NCBI RefSeq assembly: GCF_001194135.2
Contig: NC_068995.1
Span: forward strand, 52,857,324 to 52,921,323
From: Octopus bimaculoides
Taxonomy: Eukaryota
Length of the DNA: 64,000 bases
Reading direction: 5' to 3'
The notes under the pieces are model-generated. The model did not search any database and had not been told where the DNA came from. It saw only the letters and a list, made by a program, of their open reading frames with translations. Made by a program: the position numbers and the translations under genes. Shown here piece after piece: positions 22,476-35,851 of the stretch (the stretch's first letter is position 1; each line of letters opens with the position of its first letter).

Positions 22476-22868
22476 NNNNNNNNNNNNNNNNNNNNNNNNN
22501 NNNNNNNNNNNNNNNNNNNNNNNNNNNNNNNNNNNNNNNNNNNNNNNNNNNNNNNNNNNNNNNNNNNNNNNNNNNNNNNNNNNNNNNNNNNNNNNNNNNN
22601 NNNNNNNNNNNNNNNNNNNNNNNNNNNNNNNNNNNNNNNNNNNNNNNNNNNNNNNNNNNNNNNNNNNNNNNNNNNNNNNNNNNNNNNNNNNNNNNNNNNN
22701 NNNNNNNNNNNNNNNNNNNNNNNNNNNNNNNNNNNNNNNNNNNNNNNNNNNNNNNNNNNNNNNNNNNNNNNNNNNNNNNNNNNNNNNNNNNNNNNNNNNN
22801 NNNNNNNNNNNNNNNNNNNNNNNNNNNNNNNNNNNNNNNNNNNNNNNNNNNNNNNNNNNNNNNNNNNN

Positions 22869-22913
<45 letters not shown>

Positions 22914-23204
22914 GATATTTTTATAATTATATGATTACACACGCGTGTGTGTGTGTGTGTTAACTGTGTATTTGTGTACATATGTGCGTATGTGTGTGCA
23001 TATTTGTGTGATCCAATGACTATCAATCTTATTTAAAAGCTTTGATCGATTCAGAAGCGTTCAATCAGTCAGACGTGTTTCTTCTGTATGTGAAACTTCA
23101 AGAAGTGCACCTTCAGTTTTTAAACTCTTAACATGTATTGTTACAGACACACACAAACACGCACACACATATGCATGTGTATGTACACGTATGAACACAT
23201 ACGT

Positions 23205-23251
<47 letters not shown>

Positions 23252-24042
23252 CCTATATATACATAAATATATACATCCAATGTATATGTATGTATAAGGG
23301 TGTGTGTGTGTGTAAAGAAGTGCTTTTGTGTCCTTTTATTTGTTTCAGCCATATTGGGCTGATCAGACCATCCTGGGCCACCGCTTCAGTACTTGAAGCC
23401 GATCACAACTTATCTCTCGCGTTTGTGTGTGTCTTTGTGTCCTCGCCTCCAAGTGACCATGTGAATCGATGCCAGTGCTTGACTGCTATTTAAATTTAAT
23501 CGACCAAGAGATGTGTCAATATATGAATTGGTATGTCAGACGTGTTAAGATTAACTTCAACACAATAACCACATTTCGTCCGCAGTCCTTCTCTCCAGCC
23601 CAGCCTTTCTTGCCCATCGTCTTAATTCATTCAACAATCAATATAATAATAAGTTTTCAAAGAATTAAAAAGCAAACAGTAAAAGACGAGTGTAATGATA
23701 CGTTTTGCCTGTAATGAAGCTCTACGCACATCTATAAAATGTTCATGGGTGATGGCAATTATAGATAGAACAATTGTTATCAAGTTAATCTCTAATTAAA
23801 ACAACCAATCAATATTAATACCACTGAGACAGACACTGTTTTCTTGTGAAGGAGATACGAAATTGTTATAGTCTACGTGCTTGGTCACGTGCTGTCACAA
23901 TCGCAACGCTATCGAAACGCGCTAGGCATCATGTATATAAGTGTGTGTGTTTGCGTGTGTGTGTGTGTGTGTGTGTTGTGTGTGTGTGCCTGTATGTGTA
24001 TGTATACATGTATGAATATACATACATACATACATACATGCG

Positions 24043-24106
24043 AGATGGTACTCCAGCATGGCCGCAGTCAAATGACTGAAACGTGTAAAAGAGTAAAAGA
24101 GTAAAA

Positions 24107-24109
<3 letters not shown>
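24043..24109 (+). mobile_element. SINE family A 3' tail only
   Basis: GGTACTCCAGCATGGCCGCAGTCAAATGACTGAAAC followed by (GTAAAAGA)3. Confidence 0.8.
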
Positions 24110-24139
<30 letters not shown>

Positions 24140-24347
24140 TATATAGATATAGATATATATATATATGTATGTATATATATATATATCCATCTATCTATCT
24201 ATATGTGTGTATGTATGTATATATGTTTATGCGTGAGTATATATGTACATCCGTGCGTATACACACACACACGCATACATACATACATACATACATACAT
24301 ACATAGCCATAAACACAGAAAAAACATACGTAATATACATAATCAAA

Positions 24348-24435
<88 letters not shown>

Positions 24436-24754
24436 TAGTGAGAGACACAGAGAAAAAGAAGATAATAAGAGTTGAGGGACGGAAAGAGAAAGAGAGAGAG
24501 GACAGTTATTGGAACGTAATAAGCCAGACAATATTGTTGTTACATACAGCAACGCGTTGTCGCCGCAATAGTCAAATAGCCTGATCACGTGGTCTCATTA
24601 ATTCATGTTCTAATCCAAAACACTTTTCACAGCCAGCTTAATTACATTTACATACACGTACTAAAGCAATTTATATCATTTGCTGTATGGTGAACAACAT
24701 AATTAATGTCGATCAGTTTTTCTTTATCGAAACAATCACTACATTATATCGTTT

Positions 24755-25168
24755 ATGTTTCTGTCTTTTGTTTTAATCCTTGGACTACGGCACGCTGGAG
24801 CATCACCTTGAAGTGTCTGAGTCAAAGCGAATCGACACCCCCACCCCACGTACTTACTAATTCTTTTTTTGAAGACTCGCACTTATTCTATCAGTACTTT
24901 TGCTCGAACTGCTACGTTACGGGAATACAAATACGCCAACACCGGTTGTAAAGCAATGATATTAGACACACACACACACACACGCACACACACATACACA
25001 CATGTACACACGTATGAGAGCTTTCCTTGATTTTGCGTCTACCATTCACAAAGCTTCAGTCTCTCCCCATGGCTATAGTAGAAGAAACTTGTTCAAGGTG
25101 CCAAGCAGAAGAACTGAACCCAGAACCTTGTGGTTGGGAAGCAAACTTCATAGCACACGGGTGCGCCT
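24755..25168 (-). mobile_element. SINE family A, diverged, near full length
   Basis: GCACGCTGGAGCATCACC tail, CACTTATTCTATCAGT, GGCTATAGTAGAAGAAACTTGTTCAAGGTGCC, ACTGAACCC head. Confidence 0.75.
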
Positions 25169-25261
25169 TGGCTTCAATGGGAGAAAAGTGATATGTCCAT
25201 GACGTGCGCAACTCTTTCAAGACCAGTAAGATCGGTGAAGTTTATGTTCCTATACAAATGG

Positions 25262-25445
25262 ATCGCCGTCAGTCTCGATGATGAATATTCAGTCGTTCAA
25301 TCAACTGAGCTACCTGTTCATTGAATTATCTTGTGAGCGTCTGAATATTCCACAGACAGGTGTGACCTTTAACTTAATCCTATGGTAGAATCTATCTAAT
25401 ACAGTGTGACCAGCATAGAAGCCTTGAATTACAAATACAGTCTAT
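25262..25445 (-). mobile_element. SINE family C-related 3' fragment, highly degenerate
   Basis: CCACAGACAGGTGTGACCTTTAAC and GAATTACAAATACAG blocks, matching 32684-32940. Confidence 0.5.
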
Positions 25446-27301
25446 CCGACAGGATTCTGCACAGTTTTCTTCTAATTCCAATCGTAAGGTATGCGAGACG
25501 AGGGTAAAATACATTTGCGCAAGAAGACACGTTGAAGGATCGAACTCAGGTATTCGTGATTTTGAAGCGAACGTCTCAGCCGTTCGGCCATGCTAAGTCT
25601 CTAAAGATACCTATAAGACAAGCGTCGGCATTTTGTTTATTTTTTTTTCTTTTGTTTCTTTTTTTTCTTTTACTTAAATGTATACTGCGGTTGATTTATT
25701 CCACTGAAACCTTACAGGGCGGTGCTCCAGCACGGCCGCAATCCGATGACAGAAACAATGAACATATAAAAAGTAGATCTAACTTATGATTTTGATCATC
25801 GTCCTGTTTGAACAGAAAAGACTCTGGAAGCTTAAACAACATCAACAATGACATCAAACACAAAACATCGTAAGATCTCATTTTTTTCTCTGACGCTCAA
25901 CTGGGTTTAAGCATTTTTGTTGTGTTATCAAATCCTCTCTATTCCAGTTTGTTTGTTTTGTCTTGTCTTTTTTTGCCTCCCGTCGTTGGTATGTTATTAC
26001 GTCCCATTAATCCCATGTTAATCCCACGTTAATTCCACGTTAATTGCACGTCAAAGCAGTTGTTTCGTTGAACAGCCATGTTTTGCTTTCTTTTTACTGA
26101 AGAGCAAACGAATGAAATTCCACAGCATTCGACCAACATGCATCTGGCATGCAGGCAGGTGGGCGGGCGGGCAGGCGGGCAGGCAGGCAGGCNNNNNNNN
26201 NNNNNNNNNNNNNNNNNNNNNNNNNNNNNNNNNNNNNNNNNNNNNNNNNNNNNNNNNNNNNNNNNNNNNNNNNNNNNNNNNNNNNNNNNNNNNNGGCAGG
26301 CGGACAGGCGGGCGGGCAGGCGGGCAGGCAGGCAGGCAGGCAGGCAGGCGGGCGGGTTTGATAAAAATCAATAGTTTTATTACGACTTTAGTGAAAACGC
26401 ATCTTATCTCTCTGGAGGCTGTCGCTTATAAGTGAGTCATGAGTAAGAGAAGACGACGACGAAGATGGTGATGATAATGATGATGATGATAGTGATGACG
26501 ATGATGATGATAGGGATGACGATGAGTACAATGACGATAACGATGAAAAATAAAAACAAAAGGAAAAACAAGTAAACAACGACGAAAACGAAGAAAGAAA
26601 CTATGATGACGTTTAACAAGAGGAAGAAGAAGAAGAAGAAGAAGAAGAAGAAGAAGAAGAAGAAGAAGAAGAAGAAGAAGAAGACGATGATGATGATGAT
26701 GATAGTGGTAGCGGTTGTGGTGGTGGTGGTGGTGATGATGATGATGATGATGATCGGTGTGGTGGTGATGATCATGATGGTGGTAGTGGTGATGGTGATG
26801 ATAATCACGAACACTAATAAAACAAGTAGACAAAAAGAAAAAAAACAACAAAAGTTATATTAAAATAAAGAAACTTACACAGAAATAACATAAAAAAGAA
26901 ACGAAAAAAAAAAAAAACAGCAGCAAGTCCGAAACCAAAAATAAATTTTTAAAAAACAAAAGAAAAAAGAAACAAGATGGTAGGCGTCGATGAACGAAAT
27001 TTAACGAAGAAAATGATAAAAATAAAACGATGATGAGGAACGTAAAATGTTAAAATTGTTTGAGAAATTTTCCGGGTTTGTAGATGTTACTGGTTGATTA
27101 AATTTCATTTTCTTATAACTTGGCGCGTTCTAACACGAGGCATCAGATTTGGCAGAAGCGCTAGAGCATCGGATAGAATTTTATGTGGCATTCGTTCTGG
27201 ATGTCTCAAGTTCTAATACTGCGGAGGCCCTCTTTAGTTACATCTTACTCTTTTTTTCGTGTGTGTGATCGATAACTAAATATCAGTCTAGTATTTGGGA
27301 G

Positions 27302-27346
<45 letters not shown>

Positions 27347-28165
27347 CTACTCTCCCTCTTTCTCTGTCTGTCTGTCTGTCTGTCTCTCTCTCACTTTCTT
27401 TCTTTCTGGAATATAAACTGGCACTCCGTCGGTTACGACAGAGAATGAAAGAGAAAGAGAGAAAGAAAGAGAGAGATAATGAGAGAGAGAAAGAATGAGA
27501 GGGCGAATGAAAGACAGAGAGAAAGAAAGAAAGAAAGAAAGAGAGAATGAAAAAAAGAACGAGAGAGAATGAAAGAGAAAGAAGGAAAGAATGAGAGAGA
27601 GACTGAGTAAGAGAAAGGGTGAGAGAGAGAGAGAACGAGAGAGAGAGAGAACGAGAGAGAGAGAGAGAGAGAGCCTCTGTGTGTATGTGTGTGTGTGTGT
27701 GTGAGTGAAAAGCTTGTAATTAAGCACTGGAAGGCATTTTCTCTGGCTTTCCACCGAAACAATGGAGACGATGTCACGTGATATAAAGTAGGATGCCAAA
27801 GAAATATAGTCCCATTGACTCCCCTTTTATTGTTGTCGTTATTGTTGCTGTGTTAAAACCCTTGCGTGGACCCCTCGTATAGTGTCGGCGGTTTAACCAT
27901 GGAACCACGATTTCTTTTTTCGCTTTTGGTGGTGGTGGTGGTGGGGAGAGGGGCGGTGAGGTGTAAAAATTGGAATGTGTTAAACCGGAAATGAGGAATG
28001 TTTCTTAGCAATTATAGTAATTAAAATTTAATGACAAAGTATCCCCGGGATATTAAGTTCATCAAGCCATACAGGCCATCGAAAGCAATCACTCTGCAGA
28101 TGATAGGCAACCGTAATTAATAGATGATACATGAATGCATATATATATATATATACGTGTGTGTA

Positions 28166-28197
<32 letters not shown>

Positions 28198-28489
28198 CGC
28201 GTATGTGTATGCACACATACACGCATCCACATTAAAATATGAACCGATTTTCGTGTGGTAGCCACAGTCATTGGTTCTTGATTTCTCTCCCATGATTTTT
28301 TAAATCATATATTTTCATGCATTACTTTCCTTTAAATTTCGTATTATTTTATTTTTCTGTGAGTTTTGATCCTCGAATTATTTTCGGATTCCAACAGAAA
28401 TTTTCAGCAACGTAAACCTTTTAAAAGTTGTCTCCGTCTTGATGATTTTGGTATCATCCCGGTAAGACGGATTTATAATCCATTCAAAT

Positions 28490-28795
28490 TTGGCACAAGT
28501 TCTACAATAAGGGGTTAGTCAATAAACAACATCTGTACTGAACTGGCAGTTTATTTCATCGACCCCGATAGGATAAAAAGCAGAGTCGAATTCGCCAGTT
28601 TTTGAACTCAGAACGTACAGAACCGTACAACAACCTGAAGAAATTCCATCGTCCCCAAAAGGATAAAAAGTAAAGTTCTCTCCGGGATGAGATTTGAACT
28701 CACACTGTAGAGAGTCGCAAAATAACGCGTAGCATTTTGTACAACACTCAAACATCTCTGGCAAATGCCGACTGGAAAGCTTTAGTTTCTTTGTC
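28490..28795 (-). mobile_element. Two adjacent degenerate SINE family B copies
   Basis: ATCGACCCCGATAGGATAAAAAGCAGAGTCG..TTGAACTCAGAACGTA, and a second GATTTGAACTCA block. Confidence 0.7.
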
Positions 28796-30258
28796 ACTTG
28801 TTATAAAATTCATATATTTTTGGTGTAGGCGGGGAGTTAGTGGTGTTAAAGACTAAGAGTGATGAAGTGATGTTCATCGGTTGTCGAAATCATGACTTGT
28901 TGACTGGTTGCAGAGGAAGCGCCTCTTACATTTCGTTTCTTGACACCCCCACCCCTTTCTCTTAAGAAAGTAAGAGAAGGGGTGGGGTATAATCGATCGG
29001 ATCGATTTGCATTATATTACTGGTATAGATTTATTTTTATATCGACCACTCCGCCGGGTGTTGGGATTAAGCGCAAAGTCGGCCAAAATGAGATCTGACC
29101 ACCGAACGTAAATCCTTCAATATGTTACTATATATTGATAGTAACGAACGAAGTGAGCCAATGACAAAGCTTGTACGTGGTCATGTGATGTATTAAATCT
29201 TCAGAAAAACACGCCCTTTATTTTATCGAGCTTAGGAAAAAAAGTAGAAAGGAAAGATAAAGCCGCCCTTCTCTCCTCACCATTCTGATGAGATTTAAAC
29301 TTAGAACATAAAGCGGTGTTAACCAACACATGAAAGAAATCTATGCCCTGATTATGATACCCATAATACCCTTGCCAACGCTAGAAAATATTGGAAAAGA
29401 TAATGGAACATCAAAATTCCACATTAAAGATGCTGAAAACCAAAAAAAAAAAAAAAACAGAAAAAAAGAATAATACTTAACACAAACGTATTTTCGAAAT
29501 AGATTTTTCAGTTATGATTATAAACTATTAAAACACATGAAATGCCCTAAAAAAATGATGGAATACATAAAACTACTTTGGAAAATTTAGGTCAAGTTGC
29601 CAGAGTGTTAATATCAAAAACACACTGGGTACGAAACGATACCCTTTCTCACCATATATCATAAAATATCTAGCAAAAAGCGGCAACACCTGGAAAGCTT
29701 CACCCTCAAACGCATCATTTATATAAAAACACACACACACAAACACCACCTCCACCATCACCGAGCAGAAAAAGCAAGCCATGGCTTCCTATAGTTTCGC
29801 AATGAAATGATGCTGCCAAGATTTGAATTGCATTATTTGTTTACAAGTTTTAATATGTTGTCTACATTCCTTCATAAGAAAAACAAAACAGTTATTAATG
29901 GGATTTTTTTTTCTTTGCTAAAATGGATAACATATCTGACTATCGACATTTTATCTTTGTATCTTTTTTTCTGTATGTTTTTGCTCCTCTTTTTTTCTTT
30001 CTCTTGCGAGGATTAATGGAGGGTTTCCTCTTATCCCACTAAAAACGTTTCCCTCACGCCGTGTCTCTCGTTTATAAACTTCATTCAATTTACCACGGTT
30101 CAGCGAACGTAAAGATGCTTAGCTTTTAGGAAAAAATGCTACCGGCAGCAACCTTAATCTCGATGGTGCATTTCTGTGTTAAGTGAGTTTGTTATTTTAA
30201 ATTTAGTTTAAGAGTCACAACGGAACATTCACTGACAGGGACGAGAACTCGTCGAATA

Positions 30259-30315
30259 TTTACTCTCTTTTACTCGTTTCAGCTATGCGGCTGTGGTCAT
30301 GCTGGAGCACCGCCA
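30259..30315 (-). mobile_element. SINE family A tail fragment
   Basis: TTTACTCTCTTTTACTCGTTTCAG..CATGCTGGAGCACCGCC. Confidence 0.75.
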
Positions 30316-30533
30316 TCTGGACTTTATGTACAGTTGATGGTTTCTTCACCCGTCTGCTGAAATATACTGTCAGCTAAAAGGCCAGGCAACATGATATAAT
30401 ATATATGTCCGAATGATGTAGACGCCTCTGAAGAGAACCTAATAAGGTTCGAAAATCGATTGAGGTTGTTCATCATTTTTTCAGTCTGCGGAGAAATGGC
30501 TAAAATTTGCCCTGTTTATAATTATACAATATG

Positions 30534-30583
<50 letters not shown>

Positions 30584-30584
<1 letters not shown>

Positions 30585-30686
30585 ACAGGATTCTTTCAGT
30601 TTCCGCCTAGCAAATCCACTCAGAAGGCTGTGGGTTGGCCCAAGGCTTTCGACTGGGCCAATCCGATGCCACAGTGAGATCAAACC
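30584..30686 (-). mobile_element. SINE family A variant fragment
   Basis: GACAGGATTCTTTCAGTTTCCGCCTAGCAAATCCACTC..GAGATCAAACC; near-copy at 31290-31391. Confidence 0.75.
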
Positions 30687-30968
30687 AGCGCCAAGCTTAC
30701 GCCCATGTACTGCATCATTAGGTTGTCTAACTCAATTAATTAACGCAGAACCTTCATTAGACAATGCACACTTGTAGCTGCGAAGCCACGCTTCGCTGAA
30801 CAAATCATGGTTTCTTTGAGTGGCTGCAAGATTGTTCTTCTTGCTTTTTGTCGCTTTTTCTTTCTTGTTTTCTTTCTTTCTAATTAAGGTGTTCGTATTT
30901 TCTACGTGAGTGTTTCGTTTCTTGACTCTGCCAGCTATATTGACACGCTCGGTAGTAATAGTAGTAGT

Positions 30969-31007
<39 letters not shown>

Positions 31008-31116
31008 TGTAGTAGCAACAGCAGTAATAACAGCAGTAGTAGGTTACAGTTTCTGCTGCTGGTGATGATTGGTAATCAATCATCGTAATTCATACGATGT
31101 GCTTGTTTACTCCAAC

Positions 31117-31154
<38 letters not shown>

Positions 31155-31175
31155 ACACACACACACACACACCAC

Positions 31176-31391
31176 CTGGTACTTATTTTATCGAACCGCT
31201 AAGTTATATGGATATTAACACCGGTTGTCAAGATGTGGTGGAGACAAACACAGACGCAAACACGCGTAAACACGCACACACACACACGCGACAGGATTCT
31301 TTCAGTTTCCGCCTAGCAAATCCACTCACAAAGCTGTGGATGGCCCGAGATTTTCGACCAGGTCAATCCGATGCCACAATGAGATCAAACC
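31176..31391 (-). mobile_element. SINE family A variant
   Basis: GAACCGCTAAGTTA..ACACCGGTTGTCAAG, followed by the same variant block as 30584-30686. Confidence 0.75.
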
Positions 31392-31888
31392 TGAAACCAC
31401 ACCCTCGCGCGCAGGCGCAGGCGCAGAGGCAAAAATGCGTACACGAACGCGCGCACGCAATCGGCTTCAAACCACGCAACATCTCGCAATCATCTCGCGT
31501 GGTTTTTTGTGTCGTTCGTTTCTCTCTATTAATTACTTCTCTCTAACCGAATCGCCCACCTTTCTCACCCCTCACCTCCCCCAACCCCACTTCACCCATC
31601 AAAGCCTATTTATTTATTTATTTATTTATTTATTTGTTTGTTTGTTTTTGCCTGAGGAATACTTCAGCGAGCTTTGCATTGGAGAAATTAAAACAGGTTG
31701 CAGTAAAATGCATATAAAAAAAAATTAAAAAAACAAAAAGGAAAAAATGATTGAAACGCAGAAAAGTTAAACTTAAAAAAGCGTCATCCCTAAAAAAAAA
31801 AAAAAAGCAAAAACAGGAATAATAATGATAAAACAAACAAAATTAACCCCCGAACTAAATAACTAAAACCCCAATATCTCCACCAAAT

Positions 31889-31921
<33 letters not shown>

Positions 31922-32111
31922 AATAATAATAATAATAATAATTATAATAATAATAATCGTAATGATAATTGCTGACGCTGCAGATTTGCACTTAGCTTCG
32001 GTATTTGTAAACCGGGGGTCGGGTGTGATAAACGCAAAGGAATTTTACATGGCTCTGAGATGAGATAAACATTCTCAAGATCTTTATTTATTTATCCATT
32101 CACCAACATCA

Positions 32112-32157
<46 letters not shown>

Positions 32158-32350
32158 CATTATTTTCTTTTGCATGATGCATTTGAAACAATTTGGCGAG
32201 GGGACGACGATTGGAAGAAGTTTTATTTATTTTTTTTTGCTCTATTTATAATTTTTTTTTGTTTCCTTTCAATTTTTTATTATTCATTTTTGTGTTCGAG
32301 TTTGGCATTTTTATCTTTTCCTTTTTCCTTTTTTTTTTTTGATACTCTAG

Positions 32351-32495
32351 CAATTTTGGCAACTTTTACCGACCAGCCACCCAACGAACCAACGAACCAC
32401 CCACCTACCCGCCCGCCCAACGAACTCCACACCCAGTGGTGCGTGGCTAATGTCTATAAACGATCTTTTGGATAGCAATGGGGGTGAAATCAAAG
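32351..32495 (+). other. Candidate 145-bp exon; open frame ends ...MSINDLLDSNGGEIK
   Basis: Long T tract plus CTCTAG acceptor (AG at 32349-32350) and AAG|GTAAGC donor. Frame 0 is open; ATG at 32450. Confidence 0.3.
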
Positions 32496-32683
32496 GTAAG
32501 CAATTATTTCCAGGTTGATATCGAACCTGGTACCAAGTGGAATAATTCTTCACATGTTGCAGCGTTTTTCATTAAGAGACAACAATGTTGTTGTTGTTGT
32601 TTAGCCCAAGGACAACCAATTGAACAGAAACATTATCGAAGGCTCTCCAAGCATGACTCACCACCTGCTTTTTAAAGGGATGC

Positions 32684-32940
32684 TGGCACTCCGTCGGTGA
32701 GGATGACGAGTGTTCTAGTCGGCCCGATGAACAGAACAACGTGATCGTGAAATTAACGTGCAAGCGGTTGAGTACTCCGCAGACAGGCGTAGCCTTAACG
32801 TAGTTCTCATGAATTACAGGTACTACTCATTATTGCCTTTTGAATGGATTGGAGCAACGTGAAATAAAGTGCCTTGCTGAAAGAGACAATGCGCCGCCGG
32901 GAATCGAACGCACGACCCTGTGCAGAATGCCCTAACCATT
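32684..32940 (-). mobile_element. SINE family C-related, full length, diverged
   Basis: GGCACTCCGTCGG tail, GTGAAATTAACGTGCAAG, GCAACGTGAAATAAAGTGCCTTGCT (CORE-like), GGGAATCGAAC B-box complement. Confidence 0.8.
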
Positions 32941-33047
32941 TATCTTTGTTGGTCTTCTGGGTAAAGGTGTTGGCAAGTAGTAACGTAATATAACGGTGGA
33001 GGTTTCAATCTCTAATTGGGATTACTGTATAGTATAAAACTTAAAGG

Positions 33048-33260
33048 AGAGAGTAAGCAAAAGAGAGAGTGAGTTTGTATAATAATAATTATAAAATTAG
33101 TGGATTCCGTTAAATTATTTATTACCTCCTACACAGTTCAACAGGCCACACATAATATCGTGGTTAGTTTTAATTATCAACTTCGGTAAATGGTTAGATC
33201 TCGTTTCATCGTCGGCTTGGCTGAAAGTTGATAGGAAAATACCTGGGTTGGCTCTCTCGG
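33048..33260. repeat. Dispersed direct repeat, copy 1
   Basis: About 94% identical to 37396-37605 (11 substitutions plus one 3-bp indel, by eye). Confidence 0.9.
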
Positions 33261-33440
33261 AAATGGAAATGGATGTTAAGTTTAGATTTGGGTTCCATCC
33301 TCAAGCTGTCTCATTTTATAGATACAAATATTTCGGATGAGGGTTTCGCTATATATGCACCATTCTGGGAAGTTAACCATTGAAAAGGATAAATTTCATT
33401 TCAGCAATTCCTAAACACTCTCCCTCTCTCTGGCTCGGAT

Positions 33441-33630
33441 ACATTCTTTTTTACTCTAGGCACNNNNNNNNNNGATCGACTCCAGTACGCAACTGGTACT
33501 TAAGTTATCGACCTCGAAGGGATGAAAAGCAAAGTCGACCTCGCCGGAATTTGAACTCAGAACGTAAAGCCAGATGAAATGCCGCTAAGCATTTCGCCCG
33601 GTGTGCTAACGCTTCTGCCAACTCAGCGCC
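33441..33630 (-). mobile_element. SINE family B spanning a 10-N gap
   Basis: TTACTCTAGGCAC tail, GGGATGAAAAGCAAAGTCGACCTCGCCGGAATTTGAACTCAGAACGTAAAG, GCTAACGCTTCTGCCAACTC head. Confidence 0.9.
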
Positions 33631-34427
33631 TCTCTCACTCAGATACATTACACATGTACCATACATGAACATACACACACGTACACACACACATACACAA
33701 ACACACAATATATGTAAATGAGACATACATACACAGACAAATCCAAACACTTTCATGCATTTTCATTTCGTAGTGAAGATAGACATTATCTAATCTGCTT
33801 TTCGAGCTTCAATAGAGAAAACCTGAGGAATTTCCTGATAATTAATAGAAAAATACGGCAGTGAAGGGAGAAGGGGAGAGGAGGAAGAGGCGGAGGAGGT
33901 GGAGAGGGAGAGAGGTGGGTGGAAGAGGGTTGGGTGGCAGAGCGGTGGGGAGGAGGAGGAGGAGGAGTAGGGGAATGAAGATTTTATGCTTACCTTGATG
34001 GCAGGAATGTTGTTTATTAGAAGAAGAAAAGAAAAGAAAGGAAAAAAATTAAATTATGAGGTGGCGGCTTATTTTACCGATTCCTTGAACTTTTTGGTTA
34101 TTGTTATGTGTAAGACGAAAAGAAAATTGGAATGGAAACAAAAGTCTGTCATTAAAAATGCTGTAAAAATGAAGAGAAACGAAGAAAAAAGAAACCATAA
34201 CGAAAAAAAAAAACGTCTGAGAGAATAGGTAAGAATGAGACATGAGAGGGAGAGAGAGGGAGAGGGGGGGAGGGCGGAGTGTGTGAGAATGTGTGTGAGT
34301 GTACGTGTGAGGGTGTGCGTTTGTGTGGGTTTGTGTATATGTATTCATGTACAGATATTGTATGCATATGTCTTTGTACATAAATATTATATAAGAGTAT
34401 ATACGCATGTATGAAAATGAATATATA

Positions 34428-34468
<41 letters not shown>

Positions 34469-34858
34469 GTATAAATATATATATATATTTATATATATTT
34501 ATATATATATGTATATATGTGTATATATATTTATGAGGGCGGTTCCTGATAGGTTCAACCAAGGCGAACTCGTGCAATGTTACGAATCAAATCCATAAAG
34601 TTGATGTGGTATACACACGTGTTACAGCAGGTATGTAACGTCTTAGAAACTGCCATGGAAAGGCAAAAGAAATGTAGGATTTCGGATATGATATTTTTGT
34701 AATTGCATTCATTTCTTTTTTTCTTTTGTTAGGAATGCACTAAATACCTTGTACTCTTGCAGAATCCATCAATCTATCTATCTATCTGTCTGTCTGTCAT
34801 ATACATATGTTATGTATGTATGTATGCATGTATGCATGTATATGTAGGCATGTACATG

Positions 34859-34939
<81 letters not shown>

Positions 34940-35059
34940 TGTTATTTTCAATGCAAGTCTATTTTCTCAACAGTGAATCAGTTGCGCAAAGAAGCCGGCT
35001 TATGTATGTGACTGAAGCTCTACGATAAAAAGATCCAAGAAAAGAGATAGAGAAAGAAA

Positions 35060-35096
<37 letters not shown>

Positions 35097-35110
35097 GGAG
35101 AAGGGGATAG

Positions 35111-35154
<44 letters not shown>

Positions 35155-35324
35155 GGATGGATGAGCATAGCAAGGATTTATAAGGCGGAGTTTTATAATT
35201 ATCAAGCATGATCCATCATTAGCAGTCTAATTAGAATAAAGCACAAAATTAAAAATACATTTGAGATAATAATTATATTCGCATGAAGTTGGGTGGTGGT
35301 GTATCATTCCATCCTGTCCTATGG

Positions 35325-35515
35325 GGGACCTCCGTCGTTCGTCGACGATGAGGATTCAGTTGTTCGATTTGCTGAATTACCTGATCCTGAATTAGCGAAT
35401 ATGTCATTGAACATTCCAAAGAGGCGTGTACACTTAACGTAATTCCCAGGTTTATCTCAGCATAAAGTGTGTGAGAAGGCCGTATTGTCATTTAAATTAC
35501 AGGTACAATCCATCA
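35325..35515 (-). mobile_element. SINE family C-related 3' fragment, degenerate
   Basis: CTCCGTCGTTCGTCGACGATGAGG..GTGTACACTTAACGTAATTC..AAATTACAGGTACAATCC. Confidence 0.6.
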
Positions 35516-35800
35516 GCTCTCTACAGTTTTCCTCAATCCAATTCCAGTAACAAGAAATCGGCAGACTCGTGGCCAAAGAAAATTAGATTTACTAAAGGTA
35601 CTTCGCCATAAGTTCGAACGTCTGTCCTCGCTGTCTCAAAGCGATCTTCTTAAACATTCCACAATTTGTGTGTGTGTATGTGTCTGTGTGTGTGTGTATG
35701 TGTGTGCGTGCGTGCGTGCGTGTATGTAAATATCTATGTATATGTTTGTATGTGTATATATAAATATATATATATATGCATATATATAGCTATATATGAT

Positions 35801-35851
<51 letters not shown>

